Of a stretch of 64,000 bases of DNA, positions 50,101-63,633 are shown one piece after another. Every line of letters begins with the position of its first letter. Within the stretch, counting starts at the first letter, position 1. A program made the translations under genes and the position numbers. This DNA comes from Octopus sinensis (taxonomy: Eukaryota): the NCBI RefSeq assembly GCF_006345805.1, contig NC_043021.1, positions 17,732,001 through 17,796,000 of the forward strand. Direction: 5' to 3'. Under the pieces are notes generated by a model, which searched no databases, was not told where the DNA came from, and was given only the letters and a program-made list of their open reading frames with translations.

Positions 50101-51387
50101 TTAAACACTGTCGTATAAACAAGTTTATACATTTTTATAGTCCACATTAACTTCAAAGCATAAAATTTGATATTTTAAATGTCTGTGTCATACTCATATC
50201 AGATAACTCTTTCGAAACAAAGATAATGAGAAAAAAAGACTATGTTTTTCTAATAAAATATGCATCGAAATACAACAGCAACTGGCAAAAAGTAGGCTGG
50301 GTGGGGGTGGGGGTAATTTTGCTATATATCAAATCTTTGGTTAAATGAATATAAATATACAATAAGCACTGTTAGATCTATAACCAATCATATTGACATT
50401 ACAATATGATTAGAAAGCAGTGTAACATAGCTTATATCAGTGACAAAAGATAGTAAAGATCAATCTTATCAAGGTAGTATATTACAATACACTCGTACAA
50501 TCCATCAGAATTGCTAGGTATTTGTTATACATTACCCCCACCACCACAAACACCACCAAATTTCAAGATAACAAATTATCAAAATATAATATTTTACATA
50601 AAATTATGGAGATTTTTTTTTTTCTCTCTCCTCATTAAAATCTTCTCAGACACCATTATTGATAAAGGATAAACTAGAAACCAATATAACCAAATACAAA
50701 CAGCTCTTAGTGCAGTCAGTCACATAGAGTACAGTGATATATAAACATTTGTAAAGTGTTTCAGATCGCATTTAAAGAATGACCCAGCTCCAGGACATAC
50801 CTCATTAACATTATCGCCAATAGATTACCACCTGCTCCAGCTTCAATTATTTTTCAATGCCCACCACATACACAAATGCTGGCCTACAGATATTCAGACC
50901 AAACACCAACCAAATCAACAATCACACAAGTTTGGGGAAAGTTCAGAGGCTGGGTCTTTTCTTCCATAGCTGAATTATTATATTTCTACCAAATAACTTT
51001 AGCTGTGAAATTATGAAACTGTTATAAGTCAACACTAGGGTGGTTATAAGTCAACACTAGGGTGGCTATATACACTACTACAATATAGGTGGGGGGGGCT
51101 TGTTTTATTGTTGTGATGGTGATCCTGTGCTGGTGCCATGTGAAAAAACACCCAGTACACTCTATGGAGTGATTGGCATTAGGAACGGCATCCAGCCATA
51201 GAAACCAAGCCAAAACAGACATGGAACCTGGTGTCACTCTCCAGCTGGTCAACTCCTGCCCAACCTATGCCAGCATGGAAAATGTTATATAATGATGATG
51301 ATCGTCATCATCATCCAGTTGGTCAATCAACCGGACAATGAATTAGTGTGTGAAATAGCTGAGTATCCCTGACATATGTACCCTTAA

Positions 51388-51604
51388 CCCTTTAGCATTT
51401 AAACCAGCCGTATCCGGCCCAAATATTCTACCTGTTCTGCATTCAAACTGGTTGGGTCTAGCCTATCACACCTACCCTACAATATCATTCCAAAAATAAA
51501 CTATCACATCATAAAAACCCAAAAGCTATGAGATAATACATGATCAATTTAAAACAATGCAAATAAGCTTTACATTAGTCAGTATAATCTGAAATGCTAA
51601 AGGG
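51388..51604. mobile_element. piggyBac-like MITE family 2
   Basis: TTAA-CCCTTTAGCATT ... AATGCTAAAGGG-TCAA. Confidence 0.78.
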
Positions 51605-54600
51605 TCAAAGTAATTCCAAAGCAGAATCGGTGACCCACAATGCGTAACAAAGCTGTATGTATGTTTGAATTACAGGTACAGTCCATCTATCAGGCTTCAA
51701 TACAGTTTCCATCTATTTAAATTCATTCATTAGGTTTGGACCAACATGATGCCAAACAAATTTTCAAGTTGTTTGTGGTCTTGGCATCGATAAATACAAG
51801 AAATCCAGTTCACCACCTTCAAGAAGTTTAATAAGAAGAATCTAAAGGAACTCGTTTTCATACTTCAAAAATTAACAAATTCAACTCTTACGGAATTCAT
51901 ATTTTTTCTTTAAAGATATTTAATTATTCAATTAGAATGTTTTAATATATCATTTAAAAAACATAGAGTAAAAAGAAAAATATAGTAGTTCAGATATCAG
52001 AAAAATCAAAAAAGACTTGTTTTTCCCCCCCCCCACCTTAAGTATATTGGTAAGTAAAGCCATCAAGTTTTTTTGTAGATGTTTTATAGAAAAAATAAAT
52101 ACAAGATGAGAAGAAGCACCATCCCTGAACGTGAAACAGATAGATTAATTAACGAGAGGTCAACGCTAGCTGTTGGCCATCATTAAATATAACAACCACC
52201 GATCATAGAAAATAGGCCTCGCAATTTATTTAAACGAATAACAATAATCAATTATTTCAATCTTTTCTAATTCTGTTATTGAAGTGAGGCAGCTTTTGCA
52301 GCCATGTCTAGTAATTTATCAGTTTGACAACACAGCAACGTTGGTGAAAATACAGGCGGAACCTGCTGAAAATATACTGATTTAACAATGCAGCGGGATA
52401 TCTAGCAAATAATCAATAAGTTGGAGAGAGAAAAAAAGAAAAAAGAAAAAGGAAAAGGAAATAAATAGCCAACAACAATTATTCTCTCTCATCGTCCCTG
52501 CACCCGATATCAGTCTATTATTCACTCTCTCTCCTCGCACCTGCATCCCTGCCCTACTATCAATGTATTGAAATAACAAAGAAATATGTTGTTAGAGAGA
52601 GAGAATGAGAGTGGAGAGCAGTTGTGAACGGCGGAGGAGGAGGAGGAATGAAATAAAACTTTCTCGTTTTCTTTCTTTTTATTTTATAAAGCAATGATGT
52701 TGATGCACGGAGCTTGAAGAACCTTGATTAAAGATGGTTGTAAACAACAATCCTGTGAATTCTATTAACATTCATCTGGCCCATAGTAAGCCATAAGCCA
52801 GCTTTAATCAACGGTTGTCATTCAAGAGTGAGCAAACTAAAGAAACAAACCAAACCAGGATTATTGTTCTCTTTCCATTGTTAATAAAATACCAACTCAC
52901 TTTCTCCCCCCCACCCCCGTCTCTCTTCCTCAAACCGTGACAATTCAACTCTTCACAATTTTCACCAATACATTTATTACACAAAAGTAATTTCTATATC
53001 TAACAACTTAAGACAGTTTACTCAGGTAAACTCTCCAAAATGATAAGAACACAGTTAAAATAATTCTTCAGTTTGAAAGTAATTCGATTATCCAGTTCCG
53101 GGAAAGACACTGCATACAAAGCAATTTTCTAACGAACTTGTTGTACATAGTTTATCTCAACTGATTAAATCCTGACACATTTCTCCTCCAGTAACGACAT
53201 ACCAAGCTCTCAGTAAATGTATTGCATTAGCCTGGAAATAATCTATACATTTGCAAATGCTCTATAAATTTAAAAACATTAGGATTTATAGATCTTAAGA
53301 ACAAGCAAGCAAGCCAATCAGTTGGTTGGCTTTTGCTTTACCATGCATATGTATCGTTCGAGCAGGTATCGATCAATATTACAAGCCACATGAACCGAAA
53401 AGGACATCTCAGTTTTTCCTTCCAGTGAATTAAAATAGGTAAGAAGACAAGAACTGATCACAGAAATGGTTTGGCGCTGTTGCAAGTGTTGCAGTTATTT
53501 ACAAGAGACTAATTCCAGGGCAACGGCAGAAGCATTGAGAACTTCTCTGCCATCAACAACATACAATATTGTTTAATGAGTATCAGAATATTCAAAAGAG
53601 AACCGGTTTAACTCTTTTTCAAAGACAACACATATGCCTGGACCAAAACATACAAAGAATAATTAATCACAATCTCAATATTTTCAAAGAACTGTTTTAT
53701 TTTGCAACAGAAGCCTCAAAAAATATTTTACGTATTTATTTATTTATTTATTGGTACTTTTATTTAAATTGATTTGTAAGTCTTCTGGACAAAGAATTAA
53801 ATTATCAAATGTGAATCTGTTTTAGTAGCTATAAGTTGTGTTAAAATCATTTTTAAATATATAACTTTAAAAAAAAACAAAAAAACAGAAGTCATGAAAT
53901 AATGGTAATTATTGTTAGACTTGGAAGAATTTCAAATCTGAACATTTGACAAACCATAAAAGACTACAATTCGAGCCTTCAGTCAGTTGTAAAGTATTTT
54001 CTCTTTTATTGTAAACTAATGAGGACAATGGAGAATTAAAAAAAAAAAAAAAAAAAAAAAAGTCGAAGAAGATTTTTTTAAATGGATATAAATCATCCTC
54101 CATTTATGCACTGCAATTAAATTTTTCAATTATCTTACGAGGCAAACATGATTCAAGAACATTATTGATGTAATAGAGCAGTGCATAGTGTTTTCTGAAT
54201 ATTTTAATTAAACCAGCACAACTATAATAAACATGCTGTTTGAATTGTATTAGATTTACTAAACAAGTTTAATACAAAGCCTTATATTATTATATAAGTA
54301 ACGACAAGAACTTAGAGCTCTGTTGTCGCTATTATCAATTTCATGCATGTTTGCACAGTTGGAGAGAATGAGCAATAATTGAAACCAATATTTATGATTT
54401 GGTATCCTTAAGTTGAATAATGTTTACATGGAATAATAATAATAATAATAATATATCCTCCAAGTGCCTCTCACAGTAGAGCTAACTGTATAAAGCTACA
54501 TAGTAATGTTATCAGTTCAACACAACAATAGTAAATATTGAATACAGTCAGTCAACTGACAGTTATATAACCTGGCTGAACTTTACACAGCCTTTGCTCT

Positions 54601-56756
54601 TGTTGGCTTTTCTCATCGTATCAACAACCATTCACTTAAATCTCACTCACAACTATGTTGCTTCAGTTAAGATTTCCCTAAACAATTTTTAATATCCTTA
54701 CACATTAGTCTAATATATGATTCATATTTAGCTTCCCCCTGAACATACATACCTAATACAGAATAACAAATCATCTAATCAGATAATACTCCCCTGTTAC
54801 AGTAAATAATTTGAAACAATCTTTTGACAACATCTCCGATTACAATTTTATAAATAATAACAGTGAAAATAAATTAGGAGAAATATCTTCTTTAACCTCA
54901 CCACCACCACTGCTAACTACTTTCTGTTGTATTTCAACGTGTCTCTTTGTAGTGTGTGTGCAGCGTCTAATGATACTGTAGGTGATAGTGCTAGAATTTA
55001 GCCAATGTATTTGGCTAAATCATTCTCAAGACACCTATTAGTATAGGGATCATTTCTGTTCTCGCATGCACACATAAGTGAGGGGTGAATAGGAGGACAA
55101 TGGTGTATCTACCTATGTACAACTCCTAGGATTTGGGACCACTGAGCGAAGGTAAAGATTTCAACAAACTGAACACTTGGTTACAATTCCCAGATGAGTT
55201 AAATTCATTTAGTGTTCAATTTTTGTTTTTGATTTTTTAATAAGAAAGCTTTGAACATCAAGCACAACTTACCATTCTTCACTCACTCCTTTAGATCAGG
55301 TTTATGATGCATGAGGAAGCGGGCAGAATCATTTAAAACACTGGCAAAAAATGCTTTAAGGTATTTGTGTTCTGGCACTTTGCATTTGAGTTCAAATCAT
55401 TAGTATACCAGACTAAATGCTTGGCAATACTTCTGCTGGCTCTTAATGTTGAGTTCAAATCCCACTAATGTTAACTTTGTCTTTTATCCTTTGAAGGCTG
55501 ACAAGAGAAAGCCATCCCAAAAAAACTCAGTCACCAACATGACTTCAGACTCATTGATGTGTTGCTTCTCTCTTTCTCTGCATATTCTACCGTTACCACA
55601 ATGACCTCTGCACTTAATGCACGCCACCTCTGTCTAAGTATCTTCACCCATACTACCATCTCCCTGCTGAGAACATCATACAGAACTAACCAAATCCAAT
55701 ATCTCTTGGGTCTTGGAGAATTTGCTACAGACATGTGTGCTGCATCTTTTTCATTAAACCACTGAAACTATCAATCACCATCTATTTGTGCAGCAAGGTA
55801 TTTAGGGTCAGATACCCTTCCTGATGCCAACCCTCACCTGTTTCCATGTGAGGTAATGCTTACCGTCCTATCTATCATAGGAAGCACAAGCAATTTCACA
55901 TACATCCACAACAGAACTTCCGCCTACCAAATTCACTCACAAGGGTTTGTCCAGCCCTTGGCTACAGAAGAAGACTTGCCCCAAAGTGCCACAAAGTGGG
56001 ACTGAATATGAAATCATGTGGCTGAGAGAAACATCAATGCAGGTTAAATGTCATGAGTAAAATGTCAGGAGAATTTCAATACTCCTGTGGTGGTTTACAG
56101 TAACCTATGGTGGTTCCAATCCAAGCAGGGCAATCTGTGAACTAGACACACATTAATCTGGAGGTGGTTATGTTCAACAAATTTAATAAATTGAATGCTT
56201 ACTCATACAGAGTGAAAACAATTAAAAAATTGGTTTTAACAGGGACTTGAAGATTTCACATGACAGCTTATTCAACCAGTGGTTGGTCCAGTAACCCATC
56301 AGGTGAAACTTACACACATACACACACACATTTTAAGAAGGCAGGTGACACCTTTCATACTGTACAGCTTTAACAAGAAACCAGCTATAAACTTTATTTT
56401 TTGCTGCTTCACCTGATAAATGTTATTTAAAAGATTAAATTTCACTCGTATAATGTAATCTGGTTGGAGAGATTTTTTAAAAAAAACAAGAAAAATTGCA
56501 AAATTCAATGAGAGAAGACAAAAATATTGAAACATAATAAAATAAACAAAAAGAAGTCTCTCCAATATATCACAATCAATGTAGTAACATTAAGTAAATT
56601 GTATAAATATGTTGTTTTTCAAACTAGAGTAATTAAATCTGTCAGAGCAAGCTCTAACGACCTGAAAATGTTTTCCATTTACAACAAAAGGAACAAATAA
56701 ACATGTATATACATATATGTATATACATACAGAGCATAAAGTTGCAACAGGAACCA

Positions 56757-56802
<46 letters not shown>

Positions 56803-57155
56803 CACACACACACATATGTGCGTGTGTATGTAAATATATGTATAACTCAAAGTGGAATCATTCCATATAAGTAAGTGTTCATTAACAGACTGTTTTATAG
56901 CTTTAATTCCAGTCAGACGGGCTATAAACATTAATTATTTTCTAATTCTTTATAAATATATAATTAAAGGGGGAAACTGCTTCAAATTATTTGGAGCTAG
57001 TTTTCACTCAAACTTCATTAAATGAGCAACATTTCAATAAGATTAATCACTTTATTCCTAAGAGATAGCCTACTTCATTTAACTGTATAATAGAAACATA
57101 AAGAAATAAAAGATGGGCTGCATCCTCCTCTTCATTGAAATACGTTACATTTAAT

Positions 57156-57191
<36 letters not shown>

Positions 57192-58575
57192 GGCTTTCCC
57201 TTATCACCAATTTAATCCCTGACGCCTTCAAACTAAACATCTTTTGTTGAGCCTGTTTTTAATAAGGCATATTTACACTCATGTTTAGCACTGGATCTCT
57301 TTCATTCAAGTAGTTAAGGCCAAAACGTATTTCAAACAGACACACACACACACACACACACACACAAATCTATATGCGTGCGTGTGTGTGTGTGTGTGTG
57401 TATATCAGACATGGCCTACATGAGACATGGTTCATCACCAGGCAGGCTATATTGCTAAAAAAAAATTCAAGGTAATTTTTCATTAGGTGTGACATTTGGA
57501 AAGTCCACGGGTCACAGTCTGCCCGTAAATGGTTTATATTTACACATGTCTAAAACTGGTATTGTTCACATTGTGCCTGTCTACATCCCATAACTTAGCA
57601 GTTCAACAAATAGGGAAGAATAAAACAAAATAGCAGGCCTGAAATTAGAGCTGTGGGTGGTTCCACAGCATCACTACAATCCACTGATGGACACCAGTAA
57701 AACAAGAACGAGAAGCCTGTGTGCACACATGCATGTGTAATTTCCCGGCCATTGAAGAAGTGAAGGCCATCATGGTTGCATATCGTAACAATACCAAGAT
57801 AAACACCGACATGAAGACGGCAAATTTAGAAGCAAAGAAATGAGGTTATTATTTTCGAAAGATCCATAAAATAACCTGCTTGGATTCTGTTGACCAAAAT
57901 ATCTATAAACTTTCCATCACCAAATGAATAACAATTGTTATAGTCCTTTAAGGATCTGTTTGGGATGGCTGTGCAGTGAGGAAGCTCATTTTGCAACCAT
58001 GTGGTTTCGAGTTCACTTTCCCAGTGCAACATCTTGGACAAGTGTCCTCTACTTTGGCCCTTGGGTGACCAATGCCTTTCTGAGTGAATCTGGTGAATGG
58101 CAACTGTGTGTGTGTGTGTGTGTGTGCGCGTGCATGTGCGCGGTGTGTGTGTGTGTGTGCGTGTTCATTTAATTTCACACGCAACATCCATAAAATCTTT
58201 CAGTTGATAGTTTTACCCTGCGTAAGTTTATTTTCTGTGAAAATAATATTTGATTTTTTTGAAATCACTTCCACCCACAAACACTTACACCACCACCAGG
58301 GCAAATTTGAATTTATTAAGAATTTTTTGCAAATCATTCATTTTATCACAACCTACATCAGCGTTTATACCCATGGCCCGCTTTTGTTGTTGTTGTTGTT
58401 GCTGCTGCTGTGGTGGTGGTGGTGGTGAGAAGCTTTCCAGCTTGCTAGTATGAGGCAACACAAAGTTGATCGCAGAAAGCTTTTAATTCCAGGTATGTTA
58501 AACCTTACATGTGACCAACATAGACCCTAAATGCCAACACAAAAGCATATTGGGCACTTTGCACAGTGTATACAC

Positions 58576-58609
<34 letters not shown>

Positions 58610-59980
58610 ACATACATGCCTCTGGTGTTTTCTGCATGAATGCAAAGCATGCAATGCATACCTAACATAAATAGAAGTGAAAGCAATTAACAAATCAGAA
58701 TTTATTAGAGAGCTTTCATTTCTATCTGAGAAACAGGGGACATACAAACATTCTAGTATATATCCTATGGATTCAATATGGTTTTGACTTAAAATTCCAT
58801 GTTTATGTACCAGCAGTTATCCTTAATAGTGTGTGTGTGTGTGTGCACACACAGACACACACACTTTCAATTCTACTAGACTGTATACTTCAAAATCATG
58901 TAACGTTTTAAAACACCTAGACATTTAACTCCAAGCCAAAATATACATATATTTATATTCATCAATTTCTTGCCTGCTATAAAAATTTGGTCTAATTATA
59001 ATAAAATTCCCATAACAAACTCTATACAATTAAGCGGAACTAACCGTATGTATGTAAAACCATAAGCAGAGCAATAGGTGCAGGCATGGCTGTGTGGTCA
59101 TACTTATTGGTAATGGTGTAGAAGTAGAGAGAGAGAGGGTGTGTGTGTGAGTGTGTTTTTTTTGGGGGGGAGTCCTGATTTGTTTATGTCCACAGTTTCA
59201 GCAAAAGGAACTGATAGGATAAGTTTGTACATAAGAAGAAAAAAAAAAAAACAAGCATTGGGGTTAATTTGTTTGACCAAACCCTTCTTAACAGTGCCCC
59301 AACACAACCAAATTCCAATGACTGAAACAAGTAAGGAACAAAAAGATGCCCATGGAGAGACAACACAATGATGTGTTTTCAAACCCAACAATCACACAGC
59401 AAATAATGCTTTGGAGAAATCTCACTTCCTCTCTCATCCAACCACATCTCTTTATGGTAACATTGTTTTTTATAAAAAAAAATTTAAAACAAAAGGAACC
59501 CAATACATTAACACATGGATTCCTTACTATTCAAAACAGATTTGATTTTTTTTTTTATTTTCTTCAACACCAAAATTAATGAAACCCTCCCTCTCAATTA
59601 TCTGTTTCTAAAACAGAACAGCTAAAAACTTTTATCTACAATAAAATCCCCTAGAAATAAATATATTCAATATATACACCAATTCCTGTTTTTTTTTTAA
59701 CAATAAATATTTGCTTTCATCTTCAATGTGTCGTTTGAACCTACCATCAATACATCCATAAAACCCCACACCTTTAATAAGTAATAACTATTGTAACAAC
59801 CACACTTCGTGAGCTTTGGCCTTCAATGACTAAACTCATTCATAAACCAGGTACAAAATGACAATAATACAAACACTTCATAGTTATTTCACAGACAAAC
59901 TGTTACATTTGAACTACAATATTATTATATCGTGGTGATGGTAAAGAAATGTTCATAGAAATAAAGATTGACTTGCTACA

Positions 59981-60013
<33 letters not shown>

Positions 60014-60024
60014 ATATATATTAT

Positions 60025-60405
60025 ATATGGTGTGAGGTGGTTAAGAAGCTCACCTTGCGACCATGTGATTTTGTGTTCAATCCCACTGCATTGCACCTTA
60101 GGTAATTGTCTTGTATTATTATGGCCCTGGGCCAATAAATGCTTTGTGAGTGAATTTGGTAGACAGAAAACTATGTGCAAGTCTATCGTGTGTGTGTGTG
60201 TGTACACGTGCGTGCGCACATATACCCCTCCTCCAGTACTTTACAATTACTGCTGGTTTGCTTACATCCATGTCACTTAGCAGTTCAGCAAAAGAGATCA
60301 ACAGAATAAGTAGCAGGTTTAAAAGTAAGTACTGAGGTTGATTTGTTCCACTAACCACTTCAAGACAGTGCCCCAGCATGGCTGCAGTCCAGTGAGTGAA
60401 ACAAG
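60025..60405 (+). mobile_element. Family-C SINE
   Basis: GTGGTTAAGAAGCTCACC...GTTCAATCCCACTGC...TTTGGTAGACAGAAA...(GT)n...CAGTGCCCCAGCATGGCTGCAGTC. Confidence 0.7.
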
Positions 60406-60734
60406 ATATAAAACACACACACACACACACACACACAAAAGAAAGGGAAACCAAAATAGCAGGCATCAGTAGGAGAGGTGGCACAGTTGGTAAACTGAAG
60501 CCAATATAAAAATGCTGGATTTCTTTCTAAGCACGCTGCTACCATTGAAGATATTTAACATCTGTAAAATGGGGAAGGTGTGTGGAGAGAGAGGTCTGTA
60601 TTGTCAGGTTATATAAATATATATATATATACACTACTGTATGCTAATCAGCAGCTCAAATTGTAAACTACTATTCAGTTTTAACTGCAAAGTAACCTAA
60701 CACCTTGTAATGGTACTAAATTCAGCAGAATGTG

Positions 60735-60765
<31 letters not shown>

Positions 60766-61301
60766 TTTGCCTTAACCACTTATTGTTTTAGGATTATTCC
60801 AGCAAATGACATGTCTAAAAATACAAGCTTAAAAAGTCAGCAGGTCTCTCATTCTCTTTCAATATGTATGCACACGCACACACACACACACACACACATG
60901 AGTGTGAGGGAGGGAGATTTTTAAAATATGCAAAGAATTAAAGGAAAAAAAAAAACACAATTAGGTAAGTTTTAACATCTCCAGTAACATTTCTCTGAAC
61001 TGAAAATTTTTTAAACAAGAAAGTAACTTAGAACAATGTGGTCCAAAGCGATTAAAAGTAGATATAAAGAATTAAGTTACATAAACACAGAGACAGACGG
61101 ACAGGCAGGCCAGCAGACAGACGGACAGATTGGAATATTATCTACAATTTAAGTTTATAAATAAATAATCCAAAACACAAATAGCAGCGAATCAATTCTA
61201 CTGCTTGGTGATAGTGAAGGTGAGGGTGGGGGTGGGTATGTAAGCAGATGCAGTCTCTAAATAAAGTGGTTCCAAGAATAGAACAGGTTTTGGTTTATGA
61301 G

Positions 61302-61363
61302 AAGCCTCGGTGGCTGAATGAATGGGGGTACAAAGCCTCGGTGGCTGAATGAATGGGGGTACA
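61302..61363 (+). repeat. Perfect 31-bp tandem duplication (AAGCCTCGGTGGCTGAATGAATGGGGGTACA x2)
   Basis: Copies at 61302-61332 and 61333-61363. Confidence 0.95.
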
Positions 61364-63524
61364 GAGTTCATATCAGGCTATTGGTGGTATGGATGAGAGA
61401 CAAATCACTCTCAGCCCTTCTCCCATAAATGGTGGAGGGTTGGTAAGGGCACTGTGGTCTGCAGTACAAACCGTTACACTCTTACCCATCTCCCAACAAC
61501 AATGAACCCTTTATCAAGATCACAAGGTCAAAGATATTGAGCTAAAACAGACCCCCCTCAAACTGGGTGGTACATGGAGAGAAGGGACAAGCTGTAGCTG
61601 TACAAGAGTGTTGGGGGTATTTAAAAACTTTTTTCATTTAAACCCTAGGACTCATAAGACCAGTTACTCAATTTCCAGGGCACTGGTCTATTTAAGGCAG
61701 CAATTTTGAGCAGTGGACAAGTCAATAACATCAAGCCCAGAACTTGTAATTTATTTTATCAATCCAGAAGAGAAAGGCAAAGGTGACCTCAGTAGGATTT
61801 GAACACAGAACATAGAGAGTCAGAAGAAACACTGCTAAGTACCTTGTCTAATGTGCTAATAATTCTGCCAACTCATTGTACGAGAATTTTGCTATTTAGA
61901 TATTAACTTTTTATAAAAAGATTAAGCTTAATATCATGACAAACTGCGTGTTATCCAGAGTTAGAACAGTAACCTACTTTTAGTTTAAGCTATGTACTAA
62001 GGGTTGGGTCAATAACTCAGGTTAAGTAGTAACATATTAAATATTCGCTTATAGTAAGATGGTGCTGTGGTAGGTAGTTGCTCGTGTCGAACTAGTACCC
62101 GGAACTAAATTACTCTGACCTGATATTAGCATGTGAATAAACATTAAAAATTGAGGATGAAGAGTGAATCATAGTGAGAGGGTGTCGGAGAAGTCTTAAT
62201 AAAAAGAGCAATAGTTAGAAAAGTTTGAGAAGTATTGGACTCTTGAAAGCTTAAGTTTGTAAAAGGAACTTAGTAAAAATTACCAGTAGTTATTTCAACT
62301 GCACACACAAACACACACACATACATGATATAAAAGGCCATAAATTGATAAAATCAGAAAAGTGTACGATGAAGCACCAAACTAGATTGTTTCCACATAC
62401 ACTAATACAACTAAATTAACATAATAATGTTAGGCCAGTATAAGAAATATTTTGAAAAGGATTACAAAAGCAGAAACATAGATTGTATGTAATAAACCAT
62501 TAAATCGATCATTTCTGAAGAATACGCACACAATCTCCTTAGCCAATGATGAAGTCACTGACTTCACCCAATCTGCTAGAAGTAGCAGCTGAATTTCCTT
62601 CAAGTCACATGTCATATTCAACAAGACTTACACAGTAGATAGTGTAATCCTAGTTAGATTATGTCTGTGGCTAGATAGTCTATTGACTATTGATCTGTTT
62701 GATTGTGGTTGAGCTGGAACTAAACAAGATCCCTTACTATTAACATACCAACCTCTCTCTCCTACATTACAACGAATTTGATTACTGCAACAAGTATTCC
62801 AAGGTCCTCTGTAACCCTTTAAAGCCAAGACAGAACTTCTATCTACAGGATCTTAAAATGCTAGAAATAGCAGCCAAATCTCTCTCTCTCTCTCTCTCTC
62901 ATATCACCACTTCTTAATTAAAAAGATAATCGATAAGTTTGATAAAGAAATAGCTGGAATATCTCTGGGTATAGATTTGCTTCATCATAGCTGACCTAGG
63001 ATTAAACAATTCCATTAGTTTCTCCACTACACACACACACACCCTGGATGAGGCAATAAAACAGGTCAATTATTCAAACTTGCCCAAGCATCATCATCAT
63101 CATGATACTGTTTTGGTCATTGGGGATGCTAGCAGCCCCATGGACTGGTTTAAATTATCCAAAATATGTAATCTTCAACTCAGACATTATTGTTGTAAGT
63201 CCTAGGGCAAATAGTGATGGCTACCTACTTTCCAGGACATCTAAATGACTTAGGTTGCAACAATGTTCCTCCAGAACAGGATGCCAGTAAAGCAGGGTTA
63301 CTCATTTGCAGTTGAATGGACTGGAGCAGTATGAAATGTTTGCTTCAGGGGAAAAAACACACACATGCACCACCCAGTCCAGCAACCAAAATTATGATGT
63401 CACAGTTGTGAATGCAACACCCTAGGCACTTAGCCACATGACCTCGGTAATACAAGAATGAAAAAAGAATAAAAATCGATGGAAGCTGTTAAACAATTTG
63501 TAGAAAAGAATAAGAAGTGTTTAC

Positions 63525-63633
63525 CTTTCAATAAGATTATGAAGGGCTTTGAAGAGAAGTGTCCGACATTCATAGGATAAGCCATTGTCCTTGTCTTTGT
63601 CTTTATCTTTATCCCAACAGCCTTTGTCAATTT
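63525..63633 (-). CDS. MED13: MED13 exon (109 nt): (E)[35 protein letters not shown](R)
   Basis: Acceptor ttttgtgttctttccag|AA, donor AG|gtaaac. Near identity to human [23 protein letters not shown]. Starts in phase 1 and ends in phase 2. Confidence 0.96.

Larger units (their letters stand above)
17545..63633 (-). other. MED13: Visible span of the MED13 gene (7 coding exons; incomplete at the 5' end and probably at the 3' end)
   Basis: The spliced translation matches remembered human MED13 motifs in order: [17 protein letters not shown].ER / CL...NF.R.GKWFV.PY / HLS..F.FFLHG.S.VC.S.EI.QH.PV / VIL.P.GL.GTLTG / VEV..AGV.M.YP / LTPPTSP / WDF......C.C.RH.N.KS / PFH.R / P.LSPHP. All seven donors are GT and all acceptors AG, and intron phases join in frame. 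Confidence 0.96.

Noticed and set aside
55531-55790. Overlapping ORFs in a moderately GC-rich stretch, possible old LINE remnant
   Set aside because: No recognisable RT, endonuclease or RTE C-terminal motif in any frame I read.
56590-56931. ORF beginning FIARLTGIKA, reminiscent of MED13 ADLTGIKW
   Set aside because: That MED13 segment must lie upstream of 63633. There is no further similarity, and the ORF runs into (TA)n/(CA)n repeats.
61302-61363. 31-bp direct repeat of CRISPR-like length
   Set aside because: Only two units, no spacer, no cas genes, and a eukaryotic intron context.
62545-62600. C-box-like ATGATGA, a GAAGTCA-C-TGACTTC hairpin and a CTGA box
   Set aside because: Too short for a C/D snoRNA, no terminal stem, and antisense to the host gene.
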